Shown here piece after piece: positions 28,601 to 41,408 of a DNA stretch of 64,000 nt; the first letter of the stretch is position 1, and each line of letters opens with the position of its first letter. The notes beneath the pieces are model-generated. The model saw nothing but the letters and a program-made list of their open reading frames with translations. It was not told the origin of the DNA and made no database searches. Source of the stretch: Utricularia gibba (Eukaryota > Plantae > Magnoliophyta); the NCBI GenBank assembly GCA_002189035.1, contig NEEC01000009.1, forward strand, positions 744,001-808,000. Reading direction: 5' to 3'. The translations under genes and the position numbers were made by a program.

Positions 28601-31451
28601 TGTATAGAAGATATTTGACAAAGAATTCATTGAAAAAAAGTGGCTTTAGACATAAAAAGTCATTCTTTTTGATAGCCTACACCTTTTTGGATGCAAAAGA
28701 GAAGTAGTTTGGGTGGTGTTTCTGTTAATGATTGGTCTATGAAACCATTACTGGCATCATATAAATAGAAGTAGAAAGGCAAAAGGAAGTATGGAGAGTT
28801 TGTGCACTTCTGTGCACATAAATAGCTTTACATTGTCTCACCAAAAATGGGCTGGCCACCAGTCATACAAATCAAATTGGTTCACATCAAAGGGAAGCAC
28901 AAGAACCACAAATTGCACTTACTACACACCAAGTTCAATGATTTACAGAATGAAGTACATGAAATGATAAGCTAGATTTCCATCTAAGAGTAATCACACG
29001 TGAACATATATTATCTTAATCTGTAATCACATGTCCCATTAATGACACATAGATGTTCTCATCAGAGATGAAGTCGATGCATTTAAAGAGCTAGAGAACC
29101 AGGGCTAAGAATATACTGCATGAAGAAAAAAAACATCAGAAAAACATCATGTTGAAATACTAGGAAGTAGAAGCACAGACCAGATGAGCACACAATCAAG
29201 AAGATGTAAGCAACTCCTACCATTAACCAAGGATAAATTTTCTGCCACATTGGGTCCTTCAAATAAAAATACTTTATCCAAAACTTCCATTTTCCATGGA
29301 GATGCTAATTGTCTTTTTTTAGACATCACAGTAAGATCACCAGCACAAGAATGCAAGATGCCATGGTTACATATGGCGCCTTCAACTTGACGTGATTCTT
29401 GAGCAACTGATATTGAAGGAAGAACAACTGAAATGCCCATTTTGGTAACCAAGTATAGAAACCCATAATAATTGCAGCCAACAGCTTCACTTGTAAAGGT
29501 TTCCCACCCTGAAATTGGTAGTTCTTTTCATCTTTTACATTCAAATTCAACTGAAGATTAGCATGAACAACTTCACAAGGTTTCTCTTTGTAAGCACGCC
29601 ACTTAATGAGGCGAGTGATTCCGAAGGGAGAAAAACAGATATTGTCATCCTCACTAAATCCGGATAGGGGTAAAAAGACTTCCCTTTTCAATTTCAATGC
29701 TTTACCAGAAACCATATGTTTCTGATATACTTCATCGGTCTCAGAAGGCCTTCTGTACTGCAGCACTAAACCCTTTATGCCCTGAAGCACTGAGTCAGTA
29801 GGAAGTACTCTCGGAAAACCAATGTCAGTACCACCTACATCCCAACCACTCAAAAGACCAAGCTCCATACTGGAAGGATAAGGAAAGGTATTTTCAAACA
29901 AAAATTGCTCATCGGGGAGATGATCATCGGTTGGCAAAACATAAATCACACCACATTCGTCCATCACACCTAACAAAGAAGAATGAGGAAACGTATACAG
30001 CCTTCTGAGCCTTTTTCTGTGTAACTGCCGAGATGCATCATCAAGATAATCATCATCATTTTCTGGTCGATCACTTGGATGAGAACCAAGTGAAAAAATG
30101 TTAGAGACGTCAACAAGCCCTACATAAGCACCACTCATGGAACCATAAAGCGAGATAAGACCATATTTGCTGAGACAGACTAGAAAACTGTAAGAAAAAG
30201 CAAAATCTGTCCACTCCGATTGACTGTCAAGGACTGCAGAATATAGCCACTTTAATCCCAAGCCAATTGTTCTGGAAACAGCAACCACAACCTTACAACC
30301 ACTTTGATTGTTTACAAAGCTAGGACTGGCACATGTAGAGCTAACCGTTGACAGAGAAAACCCAATCAATTGCGATGAACTGTCAGAAAAAACTTTGACA
30401 CATTTAGACAAGCTGCTAACTGCACCAACTCTTAATTTTGAAGTATCACCTTCCGCACATGTTGGTGACATATTTTTGGGTTCTATAAATGGTTTGTGTA
30501 CATCACATGATGTGATACCACTGCAAGAGAGGAAGTCTGGAAACTGTGAATTGGACTCGAACAGTCTAAATGATGTAACTGAATTTTTAGGAAATGATGA
30601 ATTCTTTGAAAATTTGGTATACATGGTGCCATCAATATTCAAACATTCGGCTTCAGCTAAAAACGTCTTCATCCATATCTTTGGACTTTCTGATCGACGT
30701 CCATCCATATCTTCTGCATAAAGACAATCTGAACCCTCCTCCTTCACAAAGGGCTCGGGTTCTCCGTGGGTCTCCCGAGGAAAAAAGTTTGCCTTAGGTC
30801 CCCACTCAACCCACGTCCCATGCTCAACACGACTATCCCCAGCTGAATTTGAAGCTTTCCTGAATTCATAAGATTTAGAAAAGGTATGAACAACCACACC
30901 ATCTTTCCCAGACACAAAAAGTAGCTCCTGGAATGAAGCATCATCATGAGGAGCATCTGTAGATTCAGTTGCATCTGTAAGACCCCATGCAACAGAATCT
31001 ACATCCGATAAAAATGCATGCGCAGATCCTGAATATGTACCATCATTATCCATCTGTTCAACCTCATCTAAGCTAGAAATGTTCTTCCTAGAAATAAAGT
31101 CACTCATCAAATCAGTGCCAAATGGATCAGAAATGCTTCCATTGAAAGCAGTTTCAGAGTGATCATAAATTTTCAACTGTCCTGCAAAGAAAGGATAAAG
31201 ATCCAAATCCCTTTCGGTCAATAACAAACTATTCCACCAGCGCAAATATATCACACAGTAAGAAAACCACCTTTATCTAGGGATATCAACAATCCGTCAG
31301 AATCATACGAAAGCAACAACAAGTGCCTTCTCGCTGGCGAGATAAATCCTTCTTTAAAAGACGAAGGACTGTATGGAAACTCAGAAGCACCCCATTTTCT
31401 CAAATGCAGTACTGGAGCGTCCTCCTCATGAAGAACGCTATTGCAACCCAT
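16606..31451 (-). CDS. SPG11: Spatacsin (SPG11 homolog, AP-5 associated), large multi-exon gene
   Basis: N-terminus MGCNSVLHEEDAPVLHLRKWG; long exons at 31254-29150, 25515-24890, 19572-18840; C-terminal spatacsin-type region FPEAVIVAEAYGLNQPTEWALVLW...RKGHGGAYLPLM*. Apparent 1-nt deletions at 29507-29509 and 22689-22692. Confidence 0.88.
25818..26126. repeat. Diverged tandem duplication, two copies of about 155 bp, in a spatacsin intron
   Basis: agcatgttaacga-[at]/[ac]-agggtttttcaatccacaaaagg at 25825 and 25980, with shared ctggagagttaagaaa, caatcattgatcta and tataatatct.tccagaaa. Confidence 0.85.
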
Positions 31452-32255
31452 AAAAATCTCTGTATATTATCAAAATGATCAACAAAAATAAAAGGAACAG
31501 ATACATAAATCTTGAAATATCATGAAATCATACAGAAACGAAACACCATAAACTGAACCGAACCGAACTGACGGTTCCGGCTGTGTGATTGAACCAACCA
31601 AATTTTTGAAAATTCCAGTTCTGGCTTGTACGAACCAGCCAATTGCATCGCAGGTTGAAAAACAAATCAATATACTAAAAACCAAAAGCAAATGCTCGAA
31701 TGAAAGCTAAACACCAACACCAAACGCTTACTATAAAGTGTTATCCCAGAACTTCCCTGTCATCACAAACAGTCCCTACATCTGCATATACTCCCACATA
31801 AACAACAGCACCAACTCAAATCATCAAACCTGGAGAAAAACACACGGCGCTTCAGATGATCGGTTCCGTATAGAAGCTACAACTTCACTTTCTCGTCAAT
31901 CGAACCATTCACGGAACTGCGAGGATGTGAGGCGACGCCATCACCGGAATCATGGGAGCTCCGTTTTATTATTTTACGACGACGACGACGACGCAAAACG
32001 CGATCCACTGTTTCTGCAGTGGTTGGCAATTGTGGTTTAACGCCTCGACAAATAAAGTTTTCCAGATTAGCCCTTGCACGTTTACTCCAGATTGGGCCAC
32101 GTCAATATACAAAGGCCCAATACTGAAATCCAAAAACAGGGGCAATAAAATTAATAGAGCTTTTTATTAATATTGTAAAATATATTAAAATGTAAATCAA
32201 CATAATTCTAATAATTTAAATATATTATATATCACTAAATTACTATATTACCAAG

Positions 32256-32657
32256 GATCCTATGATTCACAGATTATCTTGTTTTATACAAATTCACATA
32301 TTCAATATATGGATTCACAGATACATACGTATTCATATACGTGTATCCAATAAATTTTTATTAAAAAAACAGAAAAAAAAATATATATATAATATTTTTT
32401 AATAACCTTATTCAATTCTATAACAATCATTTTATTTTATTTTACTAGTGATGATGTGGATTACCATTTACATATCTATTTATTATTTTATAATTAATAA
32501 TTAAATTTAAAAATTTATGTAAAGTTAATTATTTGTTATTAAAATAATTTTATTTTTAAAAATTTATGTATTTTTAATAAATAAGGTTTTGTGAATCCTT
32601 GTACTCGTATCCGTGTACTCCCAAATTTGTGAACTTGCACTTGTGGATCATAGGATC
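32256..32657. mobile_element. Putative non-autonomous MITE-like element (about 400 bp)
   Basis: Terminal inverted repeats gatcctatgattcaca (32256-32271) and tgtggatcataggatc (32642-32657) match 15/16. Subterminal ggattcaca / tgtgaatcc inverted motifs; AT-rich non-coding interior; no clear TSD. Confidence 0.45.
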
Positions 32658-33276
32658 ACAATTAATCCATAATTTTAAAATCAATTTTTAAAAATATTTT
32701 TGCGAGAGATAATATACATCTTTGCGTGTTAATAAATATTATTTTATATCTTATATTATTTATATCTAAATATACATATTGTGTATCTATAATTGAAAAC
32801 ATGTTTTATAGACATATTTTACAAACATCGATTTAAAATATTATTATAATTAAGAAAAATCACATGAAAATTTTGAAAAACATGATGGTAAAAATTAAGT
32901 ATTTTATATTAAATAGATGCATGTATTTAGAAAAAAATTTTATGTGTATTATAAAATATTTTCTGAGAATAATTTTGCTGAAATAGTTTATTAAAAAGCG
33001 TAAAAAATAAAGTATGGAGATTAAAATGGAATAGCGGGTATTTGGAAATGGAATTTTGCTGACGCAGGCTGGAGATGTCTCTTTCTCAGCCCCTCTTCTC
33101 TATAAAAGGCCTACATCTCCAAAGCTCCTCTTCCATGACGGAGAGGACGGCATCGCTAGGTGGCATTGTCAACCACTGTATATGCATCTGGAGAATAAAT
33201 AATCTAGGGTTTCTGGTTAATCCAGGATCAAACTCAATTGTTTGTTTTTTTTTCTTCAATCGGTGGGAGTTTTGGT

Positions 33277-34547
33277 ATGGCGAAGAAGCGAAAATCCGAT
33301 TCGACGCGTCTGGATGAGGTTGATAGAGGCATGTATTCTTCTTTCTGCAGCGCAGCTAACTCCCTTTCTCAGCTTTATTCGCAAGCCATGCACCAGCAAC
33401 GGCTCTCCTTCCAGGCTGGAGAACGTCATGCCATGGTATTTTTTTTGTGTGCAAATTTTTTGTGCTTTGGTTTGGTTTACTGAGTTTTTGTTGTGTTTCG
33501 GATGATTGAGATGTAATTGGTATGGGCGTTTTGTATTGTGGTGGTGAACTGTTGAGTTTAAATGATGTAGTGAAAAGATTGGTTTTTTATATGCATTGTG
33601 GTCGATGCTAGTGTGGGCTTTGATTGAATCTTCCCCCTGTTGATAGAAGAGTGAAATTGCTGGTGTTTCATTGAATCCAGTTAATGAATATAATTATCCG
33701 TGGTTCTATCAGCTTGTGGATCTTCAATATCAACTCTCCTTTTAGTGATGATTAGAATTCATTTCGAGTTTCTTTTAATTGCAGGAAAGGCTCTATGGCT
33801 GGATTTTGAGGAAGCAGGAAGAAGGGGTTAGAGTGACGTCTGGTGACATAATTGCATATGTGCTGGTAAATGCTTCTGAAATTTCTGTTCTTGAGTCTTG
33901 GCTTATAAACCTGTTAGCACTATCCTTTGCCGTTATCTTAAAAAGTTCTTTTAAATTCGTGGTTTTTTCATACATGTGAAAGAAAGAATATAGTGTGTAA
34001 GTAGTTGGCGTGTTGGTTCAGCTCTGGTCTAAGAACGATCTGTGTATCATCAGCCTCATTACTTAAAGCACTTGGAGCAAATATTAAAGTTCACAGAATC
34101 GGATTGGAGACATCAAGCTCTTATATTCATCAGGGACATGCCCCATTAGCCTTCTAACTGTGCAGTTGTTTCACGCAGAATGAACTTGATCATGTCAATG
34201 AGGAGCCTTCACAGCCCTCTAGAATTCCATTCCAACAAAGCCAGAGCCAAGCTCCACAACATGGAATCCCTGTAACTTCCAATTCTTTTGGCCCAACAGC
34301 TCTTGGACAAGGGCTGCGGTCTGGCCAATCTGATCAATCCAAGAACTCTGTTTTCTCAAATGCTCTCTCGAGTCCGGTGAGACGCAGCCTTCAGAACTAT
34401 CACTTGTCACAGGGAGCTCATTATGCCAATGATGTTTCACGGGTAAATGACAACAACAACCCACTCCGTGATCCTAATCAACCAAGCTCAAATGATTCGT
34501 CCATGGATATGCATGCTGATAGCCCTGGCCATGATTCACCTTACTGA
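33277..34547 (+). CDS. Conserved plant protein of unknown function (MAKKRKS...FCSAANSLSQLY family; possibly HAPSTR1/DUF4588-like)
   Basis: Three in-frame exons (33277-33435, 33785-33865, 34179-34547): MAKKRKSDSTRLDEVDRGMYSSFCSAANSLSQLYSQAMHQQRLSFQAGERHAM / ERLYGWIL...DIIAYVL / NELD...SVFSNALSSPVRRSLQNY...SMDMHADSPGHDSPY*. Confidence 0.85.
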
Positions 34548-34903
34548 AACCCTTTCTGCACTCCTGAGCTGATTGCAGAAGGAGATGGCTGTTTATAGAA
34601 ACATGAACTAACAGAAAATGATCTGATTGCTGTGCTAAAAGTTATTGCTTCTGGTTGGATTGAAGTTTTGAATGGCTTAAAAAGATAGAGCCAGTCATTT
34701 CTTGTTCAATGGCATTGTTCATGACTATACTCTATCTTCTGAATGTTTATGTAATCGCTCCAAATGTCATTCCTGCATTCTCCTTCTAATGCTTAACATA
34801 CTCCAATATGAACGTTCGTTTTTCTTTTTTGTAACATCAACAGGTTGGTTCCTCGGACTCGCTCTCCTTGTATTAAACAAATAGATCAAGTATTTTCACT
34901 ATA

Positions 34904-37340
34904 TCAAAAGTTTTCAATTTTCTCATAGAACAGCATACTGGCATTTGCCTGTCTTACATCTTCCTCTGAGACACACACCACATCAGAATCTGAAATGCAA
35001 AACCACTGCTCAGTGCCTGAGTCAAGCAAAGCATCAGAGGGAATTTCAGAGCCATCTCCAGTCATTAGTCTTCGATAAACGATGTAATGTCCACTGTTGC
35101 CAGTACCGAAATGTTCCACCACTGAAATGAGCCGGTAAAATTGCCGCTTGGCAGTAGGTTGAGAGTCAGCTTTCACCTAAATAATATACTTTTAAAGAAC
35201 AAACGACCAAGAATATCTGATTGGGGCGAACATAAGCGTTTTATCAATTTGATAACTTCCTGGAAAAGAAAGCAGCAATTCTCACCTCTGAACCAGACCA
35301 AAAAGGAGCATTCTCATCAAGAAGTTCATTTTGTTTTTCTTCCTCCACCTTTGAGGAAGTGCTTTCTACGTAGCTAGGATATCCAGTTAGCATTTGTAGA
35401 TCATGTTGCGTATGATAACTATTGGAAACTCGTTTTCTGTAATCCAATCTCGCTCCACATCCCATGTACGAAGATAAATCCAAGATCAATGGGAAGGAGA
35501 TATGACCCTGGAAAGCAATGAATCCTGTGAAAACCAATCTCAATAGTGATTTTATGACGCAGGACAGAAAATATATACCAGAAGTTTTACAGGTTCACCA
35601 AACATGTTATATGAAGCTCGTTGCAAGTGCAAGCACAGAATCTGCATATCAGAATAATTCTGAAATGTGCTTCAAGAACCAAATATCATAAAAATTGCAC
35701 AAAGAGAAAATTTTGATGTTGAGACCCCCTCACCTCAGGGCTTCTTGTGATACTTAAATGCTTGTATACATAAGAGAAGCTATTTGACCAACGAAATTCT
35801 TCCATGGAGAAAAGCGTTTTGCAGTCACAAGCATCATTCTTATCACATAGTTGAACCCTTTCAGCGTGTGTCTGCAAGACTAATGGTGATGTTACATGAT
35901 GCAGCAGTACTCGTGAAAAAATCAAGGTCAACCAGTTTTAAGATGTGATTCACAAATGCAGATTACCTTATCTTCTGCAAACTTTAACAGATAGCTGACA
36001 GCTGCATTGTGCCAACAATGGCGACAATGGTAGTTCTCCATCCGGTCAGCAACAAAAAACTGTTTAAGGCATTCTTTGAGGAGGCAGCCAGTCTTCTGTA
36101 TTTTCAAAATACAGGAATTTCTATGATATAGAGTCTAATTAAGCACACAACAAACTATACTGGCTTTCATCTTAACGTACAATTTTACCACCATTTATCT
36201 GTGGTGGTTGAAGGTGTAAACTGGAGAAAATTTCGTAATCTTGGGAAATCTGCAGAAGATTAAAATAAGTAAGAAAATTTCGTTGTGAAGAATTCAGACA
36301 TGCTGGACCCTAACAAGCACTGGTCAACCTGAAGAGAGCAGCTTTGGCAAATCAACGTGCTGGAAAGAATCCCATCAAATGGCTTCAAGAAACAACGCCT
36401 CCACCTCTGCCAGTCACTCTCTCCTTCAATATTATTTGGAACAACAAACCGGCCACTCTTGAGCCTAGGCAGATCTGCTAACCACTTTAAGTGTGGAGCA
36501 AACTTGCTAGATATCTCCTCTCTCACAGAGGACAAAAGATAACAAAATGCTTCCTCTGCATCCTAAGTTGGAGGACGATGAATACTAGAAAAGTGATATA
36601 GAAAGAAGATAAAATATTAATCAAAGTAAACCTGTTGCCTTCCAAAATCGAAACTCGGACTGTAAAGATCCATTGCGACCATCAACTCCCGAGGGCTTAC
36701 CACTGTTCGTTCATGATGAGCAGTACATAATTCTGCAAAAAATGCTACATAAACCACTGCAATCATCCAATTCTAATGTCTAAATGTGCTGCATAACTAA
36801 TACTGAAGTCATGTTCAAAACATACAGACCTTCCACCAGCAAACTTAAACAGCTAACAAGAGGCATGTCTTCATCTCCATACTCCTCTAACATCTCCTTC
36901 AAATGCTTTCTGAACATTGAACAGCTTGCCAGAGCCTGGAATCACCGATCAATCAACCAGCGCATCACAAAGAACTTTCTACACAAGAGCAACTACAGGG
37001 CAATTTATATGAACAACCACCAATACTTACTCAGCTTCAAGATGCAATACACACAAAAATTGTGCAAAATGAAACATCTTAATCATCTAAAAGAAGCAAC
37101 TTTTACCTGCAAAACTGCATTCAAGAAACAATTATTTCCAAGATTTTTTATTCCAGGAACAACCCATGAACTTGGGAGCTCATCCGAGTGATCAAAGAAA
37201 AGATGTCTTCTGAATTTTATCACCGCGACTAACCCAAGAAAACCCAGGATACCAACAGATGTTGAAACTCTCGTCCCACAACTCAAAACATAATCTAGGT
37301 TGAAGCCACCCCATTTTCCATTCAGAGAAATGAACTTCAT
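34904..37340 (-). CDS. UBP27: Ubiquitin-specific protease with N-terminal hydrophobic anchor (UBP27-like)
   Basis: Cys box GIKNLGNNCFLNAVLQ, QQDAEEAF, PFDGILSSTLICQSC, His box LISVVEHFGTGNSGHYIVYRR, terminal ASMLFYEKI; ATG at 37340. Confidence 0.9.
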
Positions 37341-37656
37341 GATTTCGCACAGACGTCTCAAGAGTACAATACACCTAGGATTCAGCTTCAGACAACCGTT
37401 AGCGTCCAGCAGAAGGGAGGCGTTCAGCCTTCAGGGGTTGAAAGTTTTCGGTTCCAAAAAAAAACCCTTCGGCTTCCTCGACGAGCCGTAAGCTTGCTGC
37501 ATTTGTAATGCAGCCCCAACAAAATGATTGTATTTTAATGGTCTTTTATCATATATGTTATAAGAGAAGCTTCTACGCACGCTCCTCACTGTTCCAGGGT
37601 TCCGTTTTCTTCATTGTTATAGTTAAAGATCGTTTGGACTGCAGTCCGTAAGCGAT

Positions 37657-39973
37657 ATGGTAAGATTTTGAGTCTCTTAGTTGTTTTTTGAGTCACCGAA
37701 TTCGGTGTTTTGCGCATAATTTTGGTTGTATCTTTCTGATTTGTTTAAGTTGGTTGAGTAGGAAGACGAATCTTGAACTTTGGAAGAGAGGATTGATGCC
37801 CTACTCTGTACGGAGAAGTAGATAATGCAGTTGAGCGACGCGACTGCGACATAGAAGGCCGTGACTGAAATTCTGGAGCTTTGCTTCCAAGCAGCAAGAG
37901 TGGAAGATTCTCAATGAGCAGATGGTGTTAATATCCAAGCGCCGTGGGCAATTGAAACAGGTTTTCTGAGTTTCTGACTAAATGTAGATGAAGTCATTTT
38001 TTGTTGGTGCCGGAGGTTATGCGCATAATGGGGTTTGATAGGATTCGATTGGGGCACTCTTCATAGTATAAAGAATGCCTCCCTGGGATATTTTAAGTCC
38101 AGGGCTTGTGTTATTTTTCCATGGGGGTGCTTCAATAGTTTTAAGTTTTAAAATATTTATTGAACTCTTTGATATCTTGATGTAGGTAGTGCAAGCTATG
38201 ATTCAACAAGCCATGCAATATATTGATCGGACTCCCGGCGATGATACTAAAATAGAGCTGATTAAGACACTGAACAATGTATCTGCTGGGAAGGCAAGTT
38301 TGGCACTTTCAGTAGCCTGTTGGATTTGAATTGAGGATTCGGATCTCTACGATTGCTTAAATTTTTTGTAGATATATGTTGAGATAGAGAAGGCTCCGTT
38401 GATAAAAAAACTTGCAAAGATTAAGGAAGAAAAAGGACGTATAGCTGAGGCTGCTGAGTTGATGCAAGAGATTGCTCTGAGTTGTCTGGCTTACATCGGA
38501 GTAGTTTGGATCTTGTTGGCTTGCTTGAAGTTCAGGCATTCATGTGGCGTTTGACCTTTTTTTTCCTGACTTGTTTGTGTAACAAATTGAAACCTATGGT
38601 GCTTTGGCAAAAAGCGGGAAAATAGCTTTCATTCTTGAGCAAGTATGTGTTTTCTTCTTTTCCTATTCTGGTGAAGTCATTGGGAATATAGCAGTATCTC
38701 ATTTTCTTTGTATCCCATGTTCGCTTGTGTTTGGACCATCAACATTATGTTCGTGCCCAAATACTCTCAAGAAAGATAAGTCCCAGAGTTTTTGAAGCTA
38801 AAGGAAGGTGAAAGTATTGTGGAAGAGGCTCCTGCTGATATTCCTTCATTGTTGGAGTTGAAGCGCATCTACTACAAACTTATGATTGGTCACTTGATCA
38901 GCCAACAAGGTTTCAAGGCACAGTTGTATTCCTTGTGGTGACCTTAACATGACTGTTTTGCATCCTCTGTTGTAGGTACCACTCTCATAATAGTGATTAT
39001 CTTGAAATATGCCGATGCTGCAAGTCAATCTATGAAATTCCCTGGCTGAAATTGGACCAGACTCAATGGATTCCGGTATAATACTTTGACCTCACTTTCT
39101 GGTGTAATTCTTTTCTCGTATTATTTGCCATTTGATTGTGTTTTCTTGTTTTGCCACAGATTCTATGAAAAAATATGCTGGTATTTGGTTTTATCGCCTC
39201 ATGCTCCTATGCAATCTAGCCTTCTCAACGCAACTCTGGAGGATAAGGATCTTTCAGAAATTTCTCATTCCAAGTTAGCTGTCATGATAAATGAAGTTTT
39301 TCCTTGCAATTATTTTAAGGTTACAGATTACCATACCATACTTGCTTTTGTAACCAGAGTGCTTTTGAAACAACTGGGTACAATGGAGGTTATTCAGTAG
39401 ACTGCTCTTTAGGCCATGTTTAAAGATGAATTTGACAATGCAGAGTTATTTTCTTGGAGGTTATTTGGGTGTGTTTAAACTCAGTATCTTTTTTACTGCT
39501 ATTTTTACTTGGTTTTGTTATTTGCTATTTTCATGGTTATGGCTATGCAAGATTATTTTTCTGCTTGCAGAATAACCTTGAAGAGACTTGCGGATCTCCT
39601 ATCCCTCCACTGCACAGGTCCATTCACCTGCCTCTCTGAAATTTTGCCTTGGTGCAAGCTTATAAAACCCTCAGAGCCGTAGATTTGTCCTCCACACTAA
39701 TTTTCTTGTTTCAAAAGAGACATTCCATGTACACCATCTGCTCTGCTTGATAGCCATGGGCCTGAAGGCCATGCTTTTTTTTCTTCACAGGAAGCGGAGA
39801 AGCATCTCTCTGTGATGGTAGTCTCAAAAGCTCTCGTTCCCAAGCGCCAAGGACAGCAATGAGATCCTAAACTCATGCTCAACCAACTAGGAGAAGCTCC
39901 TTGATCTCCTGGAGAAAAGTTGCCACAAAATTCAAAAGGAGACATGGTTCACAAACCCGCACTGAAAGCTTAA
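37657..39973 (+). pseudogene. RPN5: Unprocessed pseudogene of 26S proteasome lid subunit RPN5 (PSMD12)
   Basis: Recognisable RPN5 peptides ([44 protein letters not shown]...[64 protein letters not shown]). Lesions: in-frame TAG at 37819, 37852 and 39398, donor mutated to ctgagt (38477), frameshifts and internal deletions. Introns retained. Confidence 0.92.
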
Positions 39974-40641
39974 ACAGGTGAGAGTATCCCCTATACAGCT
40001 TACACTTCTGCTCTCAGTTTCACATTACAGGAACCATGTAGGAAAAAAAAAACAATTTTTTCCCTAGTTTGTGAGGAGACTGCCATGGAAATCACGTCCA
40101 GGTCTTCTTCCCCTTTTTCAAAGTCCAAGCTTGACATGATATGATTCATCACATTGTCCTGGGAGAGCTGAGCCCTTCCCTTGTGTTATCACAAGGGATA
40201 GAGTTTCCAGGTGAAACTTGCGCACACTGAATTTACAGATGCTTTTCCTCTGATCAGTTTCCTTTCCCCTACTGTATCCTGGTGCAGAACCGCAGAGCAG
40301 TACCTGGAGTCAGCTCGGTCCAGTGCACCCGATTCCTGTGTGGTGAAAGGAAAACATGGACAAAAGAAAAGGTGTTTCTAATAAAATGAAGCAATTTTTT
40401 TAAAATAGAAATTATTTTTATTTAATAATAAATTATGTTTAATATGAATTGTTCTAAATATATGCAGTTGGCGATATTTAATATCAGAATCCAATAATGT
40501 ATTTTTTTTGCACATATTTTCATCATAAACAAATAAATATTTAAATTCACGCCGCCTTCCAAAAACGCAGAGGAGACGTGTCTTTCTTTTTCCCCGCGGT
40601 TACGTGATGCGTGAGGTGTGCTCGGGATCCATGGCGGAACC

Positions 40642-41408
40642 CTAGAAATCTCCGGGCCAATGAATCGCGGCGAACTCGCTCATTTCCGGCCATAATTCGG
40701 CCGGCAGCGGAGACGACGCCGTGTAATCAGTAACCGATGGGTAGAACATCATCGTTTCATCCAGCGTACTCCACGCGTTGTACTGATTGTCGTATTCGGA
40801 GTAGCATCCCTGAACCTGAGGGTGCGTATCAACTGTCGGAGGCGGAGGATTGGATGATCGGTGTTGATCGGGGGGAGGATTCGAGGGTTCTCGATTCGCG
40901 AGCTTCACGTTTTCAGGGAAATTGAGTTTCGCTTTGTTCCCCGAAACCTAAGCGCCTCCATGTCGTAGGCCATCGCCGCCGCCTCCGCCGTATCGAAAGT
41001 CCCTAGCCACACTCTCGCCGCCTTAACGGGATCTCTGATCTCCGCAGCCCATTTCCCCCAGGGCCGTTGCCTCACTCCCCTGTACTTCCTAGGCGACGAA
41101 TCCCGATTCAGCGTCACCACGGTGCTGTATGCATACACCGCCGGTCCTTTCACTATCGTCACAATACTCCCCGATTGCGAGCAGACTCCCCCGCCTCCAC
41201 CTACTTCTCCGGCGTTTGTCAAAGTGGACATCATTGTTGACACCCCCATCTCTCTGCTGTAACCAGGTAACATTGAGTAATTACCATTCTCGCTGTGAAA
41301 GAATTGTCTGTGGGTTGTTTCGATTTCGATTCCTCCTCCCCATGAATGGAACTGGAAAGCTTCTGGTGAACTGTTCTCCACTTTGAAGTCACGCATATGC
41401 AGAGTCAT
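40642..41408 (-). CDS. AP2/ERF transcription factor, probably group X (ABR1/ERF110-like)
   Basis: AP2 domain [42 protein letters not shown]; N-terminal [13 protein letters not shown] resembles the group X MSAMVSAL motif. One extra G at 40939-40942 gives [15 protein letters not shown] and joins the 40642-40908 ORF. TATATATA upstream near 41500; start codon 41408 or 41396. Confidence 0.85.

Noticed and set aside
40050-40345. Moderately GC-rich coding-looking island with an 8-bp hairpin (40178-40197)
   Set aside because: All frames examined are short and I could not recognise the peptides; the hairpin lacks the downstream CTRR expected of a Helitron end.
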